Origin: an uncultured Planctomycetota bacterium
GTDB lineage: Bacteria; Planctomycetota; Planctomycetia; Isosphaerales; Isosphaeraceae
Length of the DNA stretch: 64,000 bases
Direction of reading: 5' to 3'
Assembly (NCBI GenBank): GCA_963845755.1
Contig: CAWJTV010000005.1
Span: 512,001 to 576,000, forward strand
The position numbers were made by a program, and so were the translations under genes. Under the pieces are notes generated by a model. That model was not told the origin of the DNA. It saw nothing but the letters and a program-made list of their open reading frames with translations, and searched no databases. Positions 1 to 9,550 of the stretch are shown here, in pieces (the stretch's first letter is position 1; the number at the start of each line of letters is the position of its first letter).

Positions 1-1330
1 TTCACGAACTGCTTCAAACCCGCCCGCACCGCGGGCTCGTCCGTCGTCGCCACCGCCCGGCGCATTCGCGCCAGCAGTTGCACCATCCGCCGTCGCACCT
101 TCTTCGCCGGCAGCCCCTCCTCGTTCTTGAGGATCCGGGCGGCGCGCTTGACCCATTGGTACGACTCGCGCACCGCCGGGAACAGCGCGGCCGTCTCCTC
201 CAGCCCGCGCCGCAGCAATTGCCTCAGCCGTTTCAAACCCCCGGGCAGGTCGCCCGCCTTGGCGACGACATCGTCCAAGCTGGCGGCAATCCGGCTCAAT
301 CGATCCTGCCGCTTCAGCCCGGAGGCCGAAAGCGGTGGCAGTCCGTCGTCGGTCAAGGCCCCGCGCACCGCGGCGCAGTAGTCCCGCACCACCTCCGCCT
401 CCGCGTCCTCCGCGTCGTCCTCCAGCTCCTTCTCCGCCTGGCGCTCGATCTTCCGGATGCCCCGCACCCGCTTCTTCAACTCCTTCTTGGCGTGGCGATC
501 CGCCTCGTAGATCGGCTTGGCCGCCTCGCGGAAGTAGTGGAAATGGCAGAGCTGATGGGGGACACCTTTGAGGGCGATAGCCACGGCGTTGCGGATGCTC
601 TCCTGACCGTCGGAGACCACGCCGGTGATCGGCACCGGCAGGACCTTCCGCACCTGGTCGATCAGGCCGGCCAGGTCCTGGGCGGTGGACGACAGCAGGC
701 TCTTGGCCAGGAGGATCTCGCCGGAGAGGCAGTCGCGCAGCACCCAGAGGACCTCGTGGCCGACATCCGGCTGCAGGCCGTCGATGGCCAGGATGACGCG
801 GCCCTGCGGGCGCAACAGCGGACCGAGTCGCTGGGGATCGGCCGTGGCCAGGGACCGCAGCTCGTCGTAGCGGTCCAACAGGTTGGTGACGGTGCGTTCG
901 GCCAGGATGAGCCCGCGGTGCGTGAGCTCGCGGTGGATCTCGGGGATGCTGCGGTGCTCGGCATAGCGGAGCCGGCCGACCAGCGCCATGACGTCGAGTC
1001 CGAACTCATGATAAGGCAAGGCGAAGTGGGGCTCGGCCTCGGGCCGATAGGGGCGGAGGAAGCGGGGGCAGGTGGGATTGGGGCAGCGTCGGATGGTCAG
1101 GGTCAGTCGGAAGACGCCGTCGAGAGTACTGATGGTGCGATAGTTATTGTAGTCGGCATAGGTCCGGTGCTGGCATTCGGGGCAGTCAAGAAGGACCGGC
1201 GTCAGGGTCAGGGCCCGGTCCGGTTGCGGGCGTGGTCGTTGTCGTCGTTTGCGCATGGGTGGATTCCTCCCGGGGTTCGATCTCCTCTTTCTACGCTCCC
1301 GGAGGGCTTTCCAGCCACTTTTGCCAGCCT
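1..1330 (-). mobile_element. ISNCY-like insertion sequence (partial) inserted into the IS630 element
   Basis: IS630 similarity stops at about 1332. It is followed (minus strand) by TAGGCTGGCAAAAG and, about 75 bp later, the transposase start. Confidence 0.7.
3..1256 (-). CDS. DDE transposase (ISNCY-like, planctomycete type), runs off the window start
   Basis: Manual translation from ATG at 1256: MRKRRQRPRPQPDRTRALTLTPVLLDCPECQH...RRCPNPTC...ILAIDGLQPDVGHEVLWVLRDCLSG...VVSDGQESI...HQLCHFHYFREAA. Zn-ribbon plus DDE motifs. Not in the ORF track because there is no stop in the window. Confidence 0.85.
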   Translation of the reverse strand, partial: MRKRRQRPRPQPDRALTLTPVLLDCPECQHRTYADYNNYRTISTLDGVFRLTLTIRRCPNPTCPRFLRPYRPEAEPHFALPYHEFGLDVMALVGRLRYAEHRSIPEIHRELTHRGLILAERTVTNLLDRYDELRSLATADPQRLGPLLRPQGRVILAIDGLQPDVGHEVLWVLRDCLSGEILLAKSLLSSTAQDLAGLIDQVRKVLPVPITGVVSDGQESIRNAVAIALKGVPHQLCHFHYFREAAKPIYEADRHAKKELKKRVRGIRKIERQAEKELEDDAEDAEAEVVRDYCAAVRGALTDDGLPPLSASGLKRQDRLSRIAASLDDVVAKAGDLPGGLKRLRQLLRRGLEETAALFPAVRESYQWVKRAARILKNEEGLPAKKVRRRMVQLLARMRRAVATTDEPAVRAGLKQFV

Positions 1331-1331
1331 A

Positions 1332-1849
1332 GTTTTTTTTAGCGTACGCCGCACGGTTTCGTAACTCACGGACTCGACGATCCCCAACTCCACGACCTTG
1401 CGCGCGAGCAGGCGCAATGTCCAGTTGGCATAGCCCGGGGGAGGCGATCCCAGTCGCGTGGCAATGATCCGAGCTTCCTGCTCCCCGCTGAGCAACTTCT
1501 CGACCGGTGGTGTCTCACGCTTACTGCGGTCCAGCGCTTCGCCAAAGCCTCGCTCCACGAGACGCTGACGGATGTTCTCCACGCTCTTGGTTCGGCATCC
1601 GAATGCCTCGGCGATCCGCTGGTCGGTCCAGTTTGGGCCGTCCGCGTCCGCCTTGAGCAAGATCTGGGCACGCCGTACCTTCTCGCTTGTCCCCTTCAAC
1701 TTCTTGATCACGGCCGCCAACTCGGTCCGTTCCTGATCCGTCAGCCGAACGATATACTTTTTGTTCACGGGGAACCTCCTTTGTCCCCGACATCATCTTC
1801 TTTTTGGGGAAAGCCCCCAACCCTAACTTTTAGCTGTGACAGAGCACTA
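1332..1849 (-). mobile_element. IS630-family element, 5' part (ORF-A HTH, GTG start at 1768), interrupted
   Basis: MNKKYIVRLTDQER...RRAQILLKAD...WTLRLLARKVVELGIVESVSYETVRRTLKK is a typical IS630 N-terminal HTH region. It ends at an A8 run (1333-1340). The probable end is TAGTGCTCTGTCAC near 1849. Confidence 0.85.
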
Positions 1850-1855
1850 GGACCT

Positions 1856-3219
1856 CAGGGCTTACGCACCAGCCTGGGATGACTGGGTGCTCTGGGGATG
1901 AGCAGCTCGACTCTGTTGTGTAGTCCGGCTGGCTGGGGATCGGGCGTCTCTTGTACCATCGATCTCCAGGACCCGTTAACACCTTCAGGGACGTCCACAC
2001 CATGACCGCCATCCCCGAGCCGCTCTCCACTCCCCCGGCCCACGACCCGGCCTCGATCCTCGAGCATTTCGCTGACCTCCCCGACCCGCGCCGCGAGCAG
2101 GGGCGAATCCATCGACTCGATGAGATCGTCTTCATGGCCACCTGCGCCATGTTCTGCGGCGCCGAGACCTGGGAGCAGATCGCCGGCTACGCCCACTCCA
2201 AGATCGACTGGCTCCAGACCATCCTCACCTTGCCCGGCGGCATCCCCTCGCACGATACCTTCCGCCGCGTCTTCTGCCTGCTCGACCCGCTCGCCTTCCA
2301 GAGATGCTTCTACGCCTGGATGACGGCGCTGATGGAGCGGCGCGGATTGATCCCGCTCGCCGCGGATCCGCCCGCATTGAGACCGATCGCCATCGACGGC
2401 AAGGCCCAACGCGGCGCGGCGCGGCGCACCGTCGGTCGCTCGGCCTTGCACGTGGTCAGCGCCTGGGCCGTCGAGAATCGTTTGACCCTGGGGCAAGTGG
2501 CCACCGACGCCAAATCCAACGAGATTACGGCCATCCCCGAGTTGTTGGCGCTGTTGGACCTGAAGGGGGCCGTGGTGACCATCGACGCCATGGGCTGCCA
2601 GAAGGACATCGCCGCCGACATCATCGAAGGGGAGGGCCAGTATGTGCTGGCGGTCAAGGAGAATCAGCCGCATCTCTACCAGGACATCGAGCGGGCATTC
2701 GAGGAGGTCTTGGAACGTGGCGAGCCCGATGTGGACTTCACCGAGTGTCAGACCGAAGGGGTCCGTAGCGGTCGCCAGGAGACCCGCAGTTGCTGCGTGA
2801 TCACCGAGCCGAAGGGCATCCGGGACGCGGGCCTGTGGGCCGGGCTGACGGCGATCGTGATGGTGATCAGCCAGCGGATGGTCAACGGTGTCGTCGGGAG
2901 CGAGACCCGCTACTTCATCGGCAGCGCGGCCGGGACGGCGGAGGAGTATCTGGGGTGGGTGCGCGGCCATTGGGGGATCGAGAACTCGCTGCACTGGGTC
3001 TTGGACGTCTGTTTCCACGAGGATGACCAGAGGCACTGGGCCGGCAACAGTGCCGAGAACCTGGCATGGCTCCGCAAGCTGGCGCTCTGTCTGCTCAAGG
3101 CGGAGAAGAACAGTAAGGGCAAGAGTATCGCGACTCGCCGCCTGCTGGCGGGGTGGAAGAACGACTATCTATTGAGTGTACTGGCCCAAATCCCAGAGAA
3201 ATCTGGTGCGTAAGCCCTG
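1856..3219 (+). mobile_element. ISAs1-family insertion sequence
   Basis: Perfect 17-bp terminal inverted repeats CAGGGCTTACGCACCAG at 1856-1872 and 3203-3219. No target duplication visible. Confidence 0.93.
2002..3213 (+). CDS. ISAs1-family transposase
   Basis: Motifs LPDPR, GIPSHDTFRRVF, IAIDGK, KSNEITAIPELL, TIDAMGCQ, YVLAVKENQ, HWGIENSLHWVLDV. Confidence 0.95.
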   Translation: MTAIPEPLSTPPAHDPASILEHFADLPDPRREQGRIHRLDEIVFMATCAMFCGAETWEQIAGYAHSKIDWLQTILTLPGGIPSHDTFRRVFCLLDPLAFQRCFYAWMTALMERRGLIPLAADPPALRPIAIDGKAQRGAARRTVGRSALHVVSAWAVENRLTLGQVATDAKSNEITAIPELLALLDLKGAVVTIDAMGCQKDIAADIIEGEGQYVLAVKENQPHLYQDIERAFEEVLERGEPDVDFTECQTEGVRSGRQETRSCCVITEPKGIRDAGLWAGLTAIVMVISQRMVNGVVGSETRYFIGSAAGTAEEYLGWVRGHWGIENSLHWVLDVCFHEDDQRHWAGNSAENLAWLRKLALCLLKAEKNSKGKSIATRRLLAGWKNDYLLSVLAQIPEKSGA

Positions 3220-3248
3220 CATTCCACGACCGCCTCCTCCGGGTGACG

Positions 3249-3300
3249 TTGTGGCCGCATTCGGCTCGCGTGGCCAACGTTGTTACCAACTTGCTACCGA
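3249..3300 (-). repeat. att-like module A (arm portion only; tRNA-derived core absent, next to ISAs1)
   Basis: TTGTGGCCGCATtcGGCTcgCGTgGCCAAcgtTGTTaCCAAcTTGcTaCCgA aligns without gaps to the arm region of modules C and D. Confidence 0.65.
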
Positions 3301-3351
3301 AGCACTGAGTTGGGTGTCGTATCGCCAAACCTGCCAAACCGTCAGAGTTCA

Positions 3352-6300
3352 TTATGGGCTCCCCGGCGTCCAGACGCGGAGCGAATGCCCCATGAATGCC
3401 CCGGCCATCCTCCGCAGGTCATTGCAATAGAGAAGGCGACCCAGCGCGGCCTCGTCGCCTGAGCGCACTGCTTCAGCAAAATGTCGGGGAATGCGTTGAA
3501 TGTTGACATCGATGACCTGTTTCAGATCATGATTGTCGAACTTCATTAGGTGGGAGACGAAGACCTGCGACTTTGGGGCGGGCGACGCGTGGCGATTGAG
3601 AAGCCGCGTCGTCAAGCGAGGAACGGGGAACTCAGGCGAGTCGTAACCAGGGGCGGCGAAGAAGAGGGTTAACCACTTGTTGAGCACCTTGTTCGCGGGA
3701 AGCGACGCCATCGCGATGCCGTTCTCGGCGAGCGCGATCCCGATGACTTTCGGCCGGCTGGGCCCCCGTCGCGCGGGCCCAAGCTCAATGTTGACCAAGC
3801 CGGACGGCGCAGCCGCGCCGTAGACAGGTGATTGGACCTTCACGGTAAGAACGACGGAGGTCAGTCGCTTCTTCTTATTGAAGACGCCTTGAAGCTGGAG
3901 AGCGGTGAAGTTGACTGGGGCCGCAGTGATCGAGATCCCAGCGGATGTCGCCGAGGCCGAAGCGAGGTCGCCGTCACCGCTGTACTTGGCCACGATCGGG
4001 TAGAAGCCCGTGGTGGGGAATGCCGAGGTCGTCAGCGTGGCCTGGCCCGAGGCATCGACGGGAACAGTCGCCAGCGCTTGTTTGAGATTAGTGAAGGAGA
4101 AGAAACTGACGGTACCGCCGGGGATGGTGCCGGCGCCGGCGCCGGTCAGGGTCGCGACAACGGTGACGGACTGCCCGAAGATGATCGACGTGGTCGAGAG
4201 GTTGAGCGAGAGGGACGAAACGGCAGGACTTACGGTCAGCTTTGCTGCCGATGTGGTAACGGTGCCCGTGGGATTCGTGAAGACAACGCGGTATTCGTAA
4301 TCATTCTGGTCAAGGGTCGCCGCGAAACTCAGAGTGCGCGAGGTTGCGCCCGGTATGTCGCTGAACACAGTCCCACCGTCCGAGCTCAACTGCCACTGCG
4401 CATTCGGGGCAGGCTCGCCACTCGCCGAGGCCGCGAAAGTCACGACCTGACCGGAAGCGATCGCCAGATCGACGGGCCCGGAGGGGACGCCGGGAGCCAC
4501 AGGCGGCCCCAGATAACCGTCGGATTGGATATTCACGGCGCCCAGCGGTTGATAGGTCGCGTTCGCCTCGAGAACGGCTGCTCCAGAAATATCCAGCGAG
4601 CCCGTCTTGGCGATATCGAGCGTACCCACGACGTCCAGCGCGGCCCCCGCTTCGACCATGGCGGCACCATCGTCGTCGAGCAAACCCCCAACAGCCACGC
4701 CAGCAGCGCTGAAAACGTCCAGGACTCCGCCAGGTTCGATCGCAACTCGTCCGAGTGTGTCGAGGGAACTACCCAGGTCCTCGGTGACTTGTCCGAAGAC
4801 ATCCAATGTTGCGCCGGGTGCCACGGTGATCGTATCCTGATCGAACCAGTCGCCGGCTCTCTGCACGGTGACTGAACCCATGTCGTTTAGGCTACCGCCC
4901 GGGCCGCTGTCGGCACTTGTCCCTCCTCCACTCGGATTGCTGAATAATTGCTTGAGGATGCTGTACCATCCCATGCCTTGAGCGGTGACTCCTTCGGCCA
5001 GGTATTTGTCATAATACAGACCAGACACGTAGCTGCCGCCGACAGCGCCCAGCAGCGCCGCGATGGGTGCCGCGGCAAATCCTGCCCCCAAATTGACGAC
5101 AGACGATGAGGCTGCGATGCCGGCGAGGATTCCTGCAGTCGCGGTCCCTTCAACGGTTGTGAATGCATCTCGTTCGAGTGTGTTATATGCTTGTGCGAAC
5201 GCCTGTTGATCATTATTCTGATAAGCAGTGTACAGAATGGAAAGGTCGGCCTCGAACTTGATACTCATTGCGATATATCCGACATTCTGCAGTGATGAGG
5301 CCATCGCCTTGGCAGCCTGAGCTACGGCAATCTCCGCCGGAAGACCTTTTTCCACGACTTCGGCGATTGTTCGGGTCCTCTCCATCACGAGGTTGGCAAC
5401 TTCGATAACTTGCTTTGCTGTTTCTTGCGCTGCCGTTCCAGCAGGCGTGGTCGGCGTGACTGGAATCGATCCCAAATTGCCGGCGTCGGTCCCTTCGCCC
5501 ACCGGCGTCCCGCCGTTGTATCCGCTGCCACCGACAGTGAAGGCTCCGCCGTTGGCAACGGTCACGTTGCCCAGGTTGTCCAGGACTCCGTTCTGACCTT
5601 CCGTTGCACTACCACCGCTATCAATACTAAACGTCGCACCTTCACCCACATCCGCCAAACCCGACAGCTCAAAAAGGCCGTCGCCATTCACTGTGCATGT
5701 ACCGTAGTCGGCAAGAGAGGCGTCATTACTCACCGTCAAGGTTCCATTCACAGACAAGGCGGCGTTAGATCCCACAAGCAGGAGGCCTTGGCTCACAGTC
5801 AATTCGGAGGTACCCACAGCGCTCGCTTGGCTTATATTCGAGGTACCCGTATCTCCCAGATTCATCTGGCCAAATTCATCGAATGAGCCCTCATCGCTGA
5901 CCGTGAGTCTGCCTTCTATATCCAGTGAAGCAGACGTACCGACGATCAGCCGACCCTCGACAGCCAGCGAGGCGTTCTCGGTGACGCTCATATTGCCTTC
6001 GTCGTCGAGAGTGCCAGTCGCGTCGATCGTGATCGCACCCTCATCATTCATAGTGGCGCCTGTCCCGACTGTTAACGTGGCTCCCGACGACACGGTAACC
6101 AGTCCCGTCACCGTGGCCGAGTCGTCGAGTTGAACGGAACCCTGCTGGACTGTCAGATTGTTCGTGCCGAGCGAGCTTGAAGCGGAAAAGTCGTAATTGT
6201 CGCTGGTCGTAATTGAGTTAAGAGTGACCCCGAGATCGTCTTCGCTCTTGAGCTGCTCTGCACCGCTGGGAAAGTTCAGGTCGGCTCCTGCCCCAGGTGC

Positions 6301-7236
6301 TACACCGCTGTCCCAGTTGTCGCCGTCGCTCCACAAATCGTCTGGGCCAGCACCGGTCCACGTAATGCTACCGGGAACGGTGGTCAGGGAAACGTCTAGC
6401 TCGTAGCTGCCCGAAATCGTCGGATTCAAGTAATCGACAGTGAAAAAATTCTCATTGCCGAGCGTGCCGGAGGCATCGAATGTCGTTTGAAGCTGAAACT
6501 CCTGGCCGATGTAACATGTAAATTCGGTATCGGCCGCGGCGTGATGATAGATCGAGGCCGGGTTCGACGATGCGGGGTCCGACGAAGCGCTCAGAGGAGT
6601 GAGTGATTCGGAAGCTGTCTTATAAGTGTAGCTCGTATCCAGCGAGAAAATAACGTCCCCGACGTCGTCAGCGCCCCAGTTTCCGTAGGCGAAACTCGTC
6701 CCCTCGACGTTGAGATATTCAGAGAGGCTGATGCTGACCTCCTCACCGACGAACTCGTTCATGCCAGGCGAGGGCATGATCTCGAAAGTGATGGGATTGT
6801 TCGCACCAGACGCCATCGTGCCTCCGGAAACCGAGATGGGTTGAGGGTATCCCCCCTCGATATCGGCGTTGACGCTGGACGAAATATCAGCGGTCACTCC
6901 GGATGAAAGGTCGTTGTCCAATGCCGACTCGAGACTGGCGTCGTCGTCATAATACTGACCGTTCAAAGGGATGTAATAATCGTCGAGGTTGTCTTCATGG
7001 CTCTCAGCCGCATAGGGGCTTGGGTTTGCGCTCGTTGCGAGAGTACTCTGGACATCGCCCATGAACGAAATCTGACCGCCGACACCGCTCGTCGGATCTA
7101 CGATCTGCAGGGTCGCCATCAGCGATCGTTGTTCGAGTGGCTCGAAACTCGGGTATTTGCGCGGCCCGCGCTTGGGCCGCCTTCGAGCTCTGCAAGCCTC
7201 AGAAGATCGCTTCGCGTCGATATGTTGACTTTTCAT
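3352..7236 (-). CDS. Large secreted/surface protein: planctomycete LExR signal, beta-helix passenger-like repeats, inserted helical domain, Ig-like domains
   Basis: FEPLEQRSLMA motif, TWTGAGPDDLWSDGDNW, G/T/V-rich beta repeats, C-terminal Ig and bacterial Ig-like (group 3) style folds. Start at ATG 7236 is inferred. Confidence 0.8.
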   Translation of the reverse strand: MKSQHIDAKRSSEACRARRRPKRGPRKYPSFEPLEQRSLMATLQIVDPTSGVGGQISFMGDVQSTLATSANPSPYAAESHEDNLDDYYIPLNGQYYDDDASLESALDNDLSSGVTADISSSVNADIEGGYPQPISVSGGTMASGANNPITFEIMPSPGMNEFVGEEVSISLSEYLNVEGTSFAYGNWGADDVGDVIFSLDTSYTYKTASESLTPLSASSDPASSNPASIYHHAAADTEFTCYIGQEFQLQTTFDASGTLGNENFFTVDYLNPTISGSYELDVSLTTVPGSITWTGAGPDDLWSDGDNWDSGVAPGAGADLNFPSGAEQLKSEDDLGVTLNSITTSDNYDFSASSSLGTNNLTVQQGSVQLDDSATVTGLVTVSSGATLTVGTGATMNDEGAITIDATGTLDDEGNMSVTENASLAVEGRLIVGTSASLDIEGRLTVSDEGSFDEFGQMNLGDTGTSNISQASAVGTSELTVSQGLLLVGSNAALSVNGTLTVSNDASLADYGTCTVNGDGLFELSGLADVGEGATFSIDSGGSATEGQNGVLDNLGNVTVANGGAFTVGGSGYNGGTPVGEGTDAGNLGSIPVTPTTPAGTAAQETAKQVIEVANLVMERTRTIAEVVEKGLPAEIAVAQAAKAMASSLQNVGYIAMSIKFEADLSILYTAYQNNDQQAFAQAYNTLERDAFTTVEGTATAGILAGIAASSSVVNLGAGFAAAPIAALLGAVGGSYVSGLYYDKYLAEGVTAQGMGWYSILKQLFSNPSGGGTSADSGPGGSLNDMGSVTVQRAGDWFDQDTITVAPGATLDVFGQVTEDLGSSLDTLGRVAIEPGGVLDVFSAAGVAVGGLLDDDGAAMVEAGAALDVVGTLDIAKTGSLDISGAAVLEANATYQPLGAVNIQSDGYLGPPVAPGVPSGPVDLAIASGQVVTFAASASGEPAPNAQWQLSSDGGTVFSDIPGATSRTLSFAATLDQNDYEYRVVFTNPTGTVTTSAAKLTVSPAVSSLSLNLSTTSIIFGQSVTVVATLTGAGAGTIPGGTVSFFSFTNLKQALATVPVDASGQATLTTSAFPTTGFYPIVAKYSGDGDLASASATSAGISITAAPVNFTALQLQGVFNKKKRLTSVVLTVKVQSPVYGAAAPSGLVNIELGPARRGPSRPKVIGIALAENGIAMASLPANKVLNKWLTLFFAAPGYDSPEFPVPRLTTRLLNRHASPAPKSQVFVSHLMKFDNHDLKQVIDVNIQRIPRHFAEAVRSGDEAALGRLLYCNDLRRMAGAFMGHSLRVWTPGSP

Positions 7237-7329
7237 CGCATTCGTTCCCACGTGCCAGTGCTTGATGGGCGTCACGGACGATGTCGCGCGTGCTTGCCTG
7301 TCGGCCGTGCATCGATGCGGTTTCCCCAG

Positions 7330-7531
7330 CTCCTCGACCATCTTGATTGCGGCGCAGACAGGAGCGGAGTTGATCGGCGACCGCGGAGTGCTCGGCAGCT
7401 AAACGATCAAGGTCGATCGGACGCCCCACCTCTACCGCCCCCAGGTAAGACTCCAACGCGCCAGCAAGCTCCGAGTCCGCCGATTCGTCGTCTTCGACTC
7501 GGCTTGAGACCTAGGCCCAATTGGTCGTCAT
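7330..7531 (-). pseudogene. N-terminal remnant of a planctomycete Ser/Thr kinase
   Basis: ESYLGAVEVGRPIDLDRLAAEHSAVADQLRSCL resembles the N-terminus of kinases encoded directly after planctomycete ECF sigmas. No kinase domain follows. Confidence 0.6.
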
Positions 7532-8124
7532 GGCTCTTCCCCCAGCAACTGGGTAAGCCGCTTTACCGCTCGTGCCCACAACGTTCGGACCGCGCCGACC
7601 GAACGACCCATGTCCGTGGCGATCGTCTGGAACGGGACATGCTCTAGCATACGCCGGATCAACGCCTCGCGATAGTCGTCAGGCAAATGATCGAGCGCAT
7701 CCGCCAAGAGCACGGACTGCTCGCGCCGGCTTGCCTGCTCGCTGGGGAGCTGATCGACGAAGCCAGTGCCTGCTGAATCGTGAGGCTGGAGCGATCGAGG
7801 AGTCGTTCCAGTGACTCCTGGCGCTGGTGGTCGTCGCGCCTGGCGGCGGTGGTGCTTGACCTGGTTGGCCAGACTCCAAACCAGAATCCGCCTCAGCCAG
7901 GCCACCAGCTCGGGCTCGCTTCGGCCTGCGAATTCCGTGAATTCGCGGTGTGCCTTCAAGAACGTTTCCTGAACCAGGTCCGACGGCTCAAGCTTGACCT
8001 GCAGCGCGCCACTGATGAGCGAACGGGCCACCAGCCTCAAGTAGTTGCGGTATAGCTCAAGAAGCTCTCCGCGTGCCGACGCGTCTCCCCTGCGGGCCTT
8101 CTCAAGCAGCCGTTCGGGTATCAT
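7528..8124 (-). CDS. ECF sigma-70 factor, Planctomycetaceae-type (apparent pair of compensating frameshifts mid-gene)
   Basis: LLEKARRGDASARGELLELYRNYLRLVAR...SDLVQETFLKAHREF...WLRRIL...LPDDYREALIRR...IATDMGRSVGAVRTLWARA. Confidence 0.88.
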   Translation of the reverse strand: MIPERLLEKARRGDASARGELLELYRNYLRLVARSLISGALQVKLEPSDLVQETFLKAHREFTEFAGRSEPELVAWLRRILVWSLANQVKHHRRQARRPPAPGVTGTTPRSLQPHDSAGTGFVDQLPSEQASRREQSVLLADALDHLPDDYREALIRRMLEHVPFQTIATDMGRSVGAVRTLWARAVKRLTQLLGEEP

Positions 8125-8167
8125 GTCGTCACGCACGACGGAACCCCCCAGTAGGCGATCAAGTGGT

Positions 8168-8345
8168 TGGCAGACGAACTGGATTTTGAGTCCGGTACGT
8201 CTGCCATACTCGTGGTATTGGAAACACGTCGGAGCGACACTTAAAGCCAGTGGTTTAGATGCAGTTAGGATGCAATATTCACCCGCGTACCCTATAGCCG
8301 CATTGGGCTGATATTGCCAATCCTGTTGCCAAATTGTTGCCAAAT
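8168..8345 (-). repeat. att-like module B: tRNA-Leu(CAA) anticodon-arm core plus arm repeats
   Basis: GGATTTTGAGTCCGGtaCGTCTGCCA matches the D/anticodon region of the tRNA fragments. TTGCCAA occurs three times at about 8314-8343. Confidence 0.8.
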
Positions 8346-8523
8346 CGGCCTCGCTGGTAGGCTTCCCGCTTGGTTGGGATGGTCGGCCGAACGGGGCCGC
8401 ACCTATTCAGCCGCTTCATCGTGCGTCCTGTTATGATTCTGCTGCTGCGGGGCGATTGTATTTCCCAACCGCGAGGCAGAGTTACGTGGGAGCTGTCCGA
8501 TGCGTGGAAACATGTTTCACTAG

Positions 8524-8736
8524 ATGAACATAGAAGGTTACATAATAAGTATCCGCAATGAGATGGTCGATGAAATTAAGCGGTTGTCGGACGACGAAAT
8601 CCTTAGCGGATGGGCCGCAATAGCGGACCCTACTTGGTCGCGGGACGGTCCGCAATGGCGGACCGTACACGTTATGAATTGCCGCGCACAAAGTCCAGCG
8701 GCTACTCCCTCACGCTTCGACGCCGAAGCCGCGTGA
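8524..8736 (+). CDS. Small hypothetical protein
   Basis: 70-aa ORF with plausible composition; no recognisable motif. Confidence 0.35.
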   Translation: MNIEGYIISIRNEMVDEIKRLSDDEILSGWAAIADPTWSRDGPQWRTVHVMNCRAQSPAATPSRFDAEAA

Positions 8737-8802
8737 CGCTGTTCGGGAACACTTACCGGAGCTATCTTGCGCGTCCCTGTCTGAATCGGGCCACTCGCCG
8801 GT

Positions 8803-9546
8803 TCACTTCGGCTCGGCGAACGTGCCGGTCTCGACCTTATCCAGGACCTTGAACTCGGTGATCTCCATCTCCGAAGACGGCTCGCCGTTGGTTTTCACTT
8901 CGATCTTGGTCGCCTTCTTGATTCCGCCCATGTCCTTGTAGTCGAGGAACGTCGATTCCACGGAGAATTCCCGTCCGGCGGGGCCGGTCATCGTGGCGAC
9001 CTCCTTGACCGGGAGGCCGCTTTCCTTGTCGAAAAAGAGTATGAAATCCTTGCCGTCGGGCGCCGTGACTTTGAGGACGACGGCCGGTTTATCGCCGACC
9101 TTTTCCGCGCCGGCTGCCTCTAACTTGAAGCCTTTGTCCTTCAGAGGCATGAGGGTGACTGGGATGAGTTGCAGGTAGGCGCTTCGTTTCTCGTTGGCAA
9201 GGCTGCCAGCGTCGAGCTCGGTGGTTTCGTCTCTGCGCTTTCGCCAGCCTTTTTCGCCGTCGATGACCAGGATGCCGGTGAACTCAGGTAAGTTGATCTC
9301 GCGGCGAAAATGGTCGAGGCCGCTCGCCGTCACGTGGCTCTCCAAGTCGCGCTCCCCGCCGCCGGTGTGCAGTGTGACCTTGGCTTTCCAGGACTGCGCG
9401 GCGGCTTTCGTGAGCTTCTCCTCGCCGCCCAAAGCCCTGATGGCTTTGTCGAGGATAGACTTCGTGCCCTGGTCGTCGGCTCGGGCTGGGCCGAGTGCTG
9501 CGAATGAGAGGGCCGTCACGAGCAGGATGGTGGTGTGCCGCTTCAT
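8803..9546 (-). CDS. Secreted hypothetical protein (LolA-like beta fold suspected)
   Basis: Signal peptide ...ALGPARA, ILDKAIRALGGEEKL, LFFDKESGLPVK, FLDYKDMGGIK; coding-like codon usage. Confidence 0.8.
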   Translation of the reverse strand: MKRHTTILLVTALSFAALGPARADDQGTKSILDKAIRALGGEEKLTKAAAQSWKAKVTLHTGGGERDLESHVTASGLDHFRREINLPEFTGILVIDGEKGWRKRRDETTELDAGSLANEKRSAYLQLIPVTLMPLKDKGFKLEAAGAEKVGDKPAVVLKVTAPDGKDFILFFDKESGLPVKEVATMTGPAGREFSVESTFLDYKDMGGIKKATKIEVKTNGEPSSEMEITEFKVLDKVETGTFAEPK

Positions 9547-9550
9547 GGAA

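Noticed and set aside
78..1364. 428-aa plus-strand ORF and similar long antisense ORFs (1855..3036, 17227..18660, 36779..37987, 50862..52172)
   Set aside because: These are shadow ORFs opposite real genes in high-GC DNA.
8395..8445. Possible eighth copy of the cassette repeat (CTATTCAGCCG, CCTGTTATGATTCTG)
   Set aside because: Only short patches match and the spacing does not fit the 57-bp unit.
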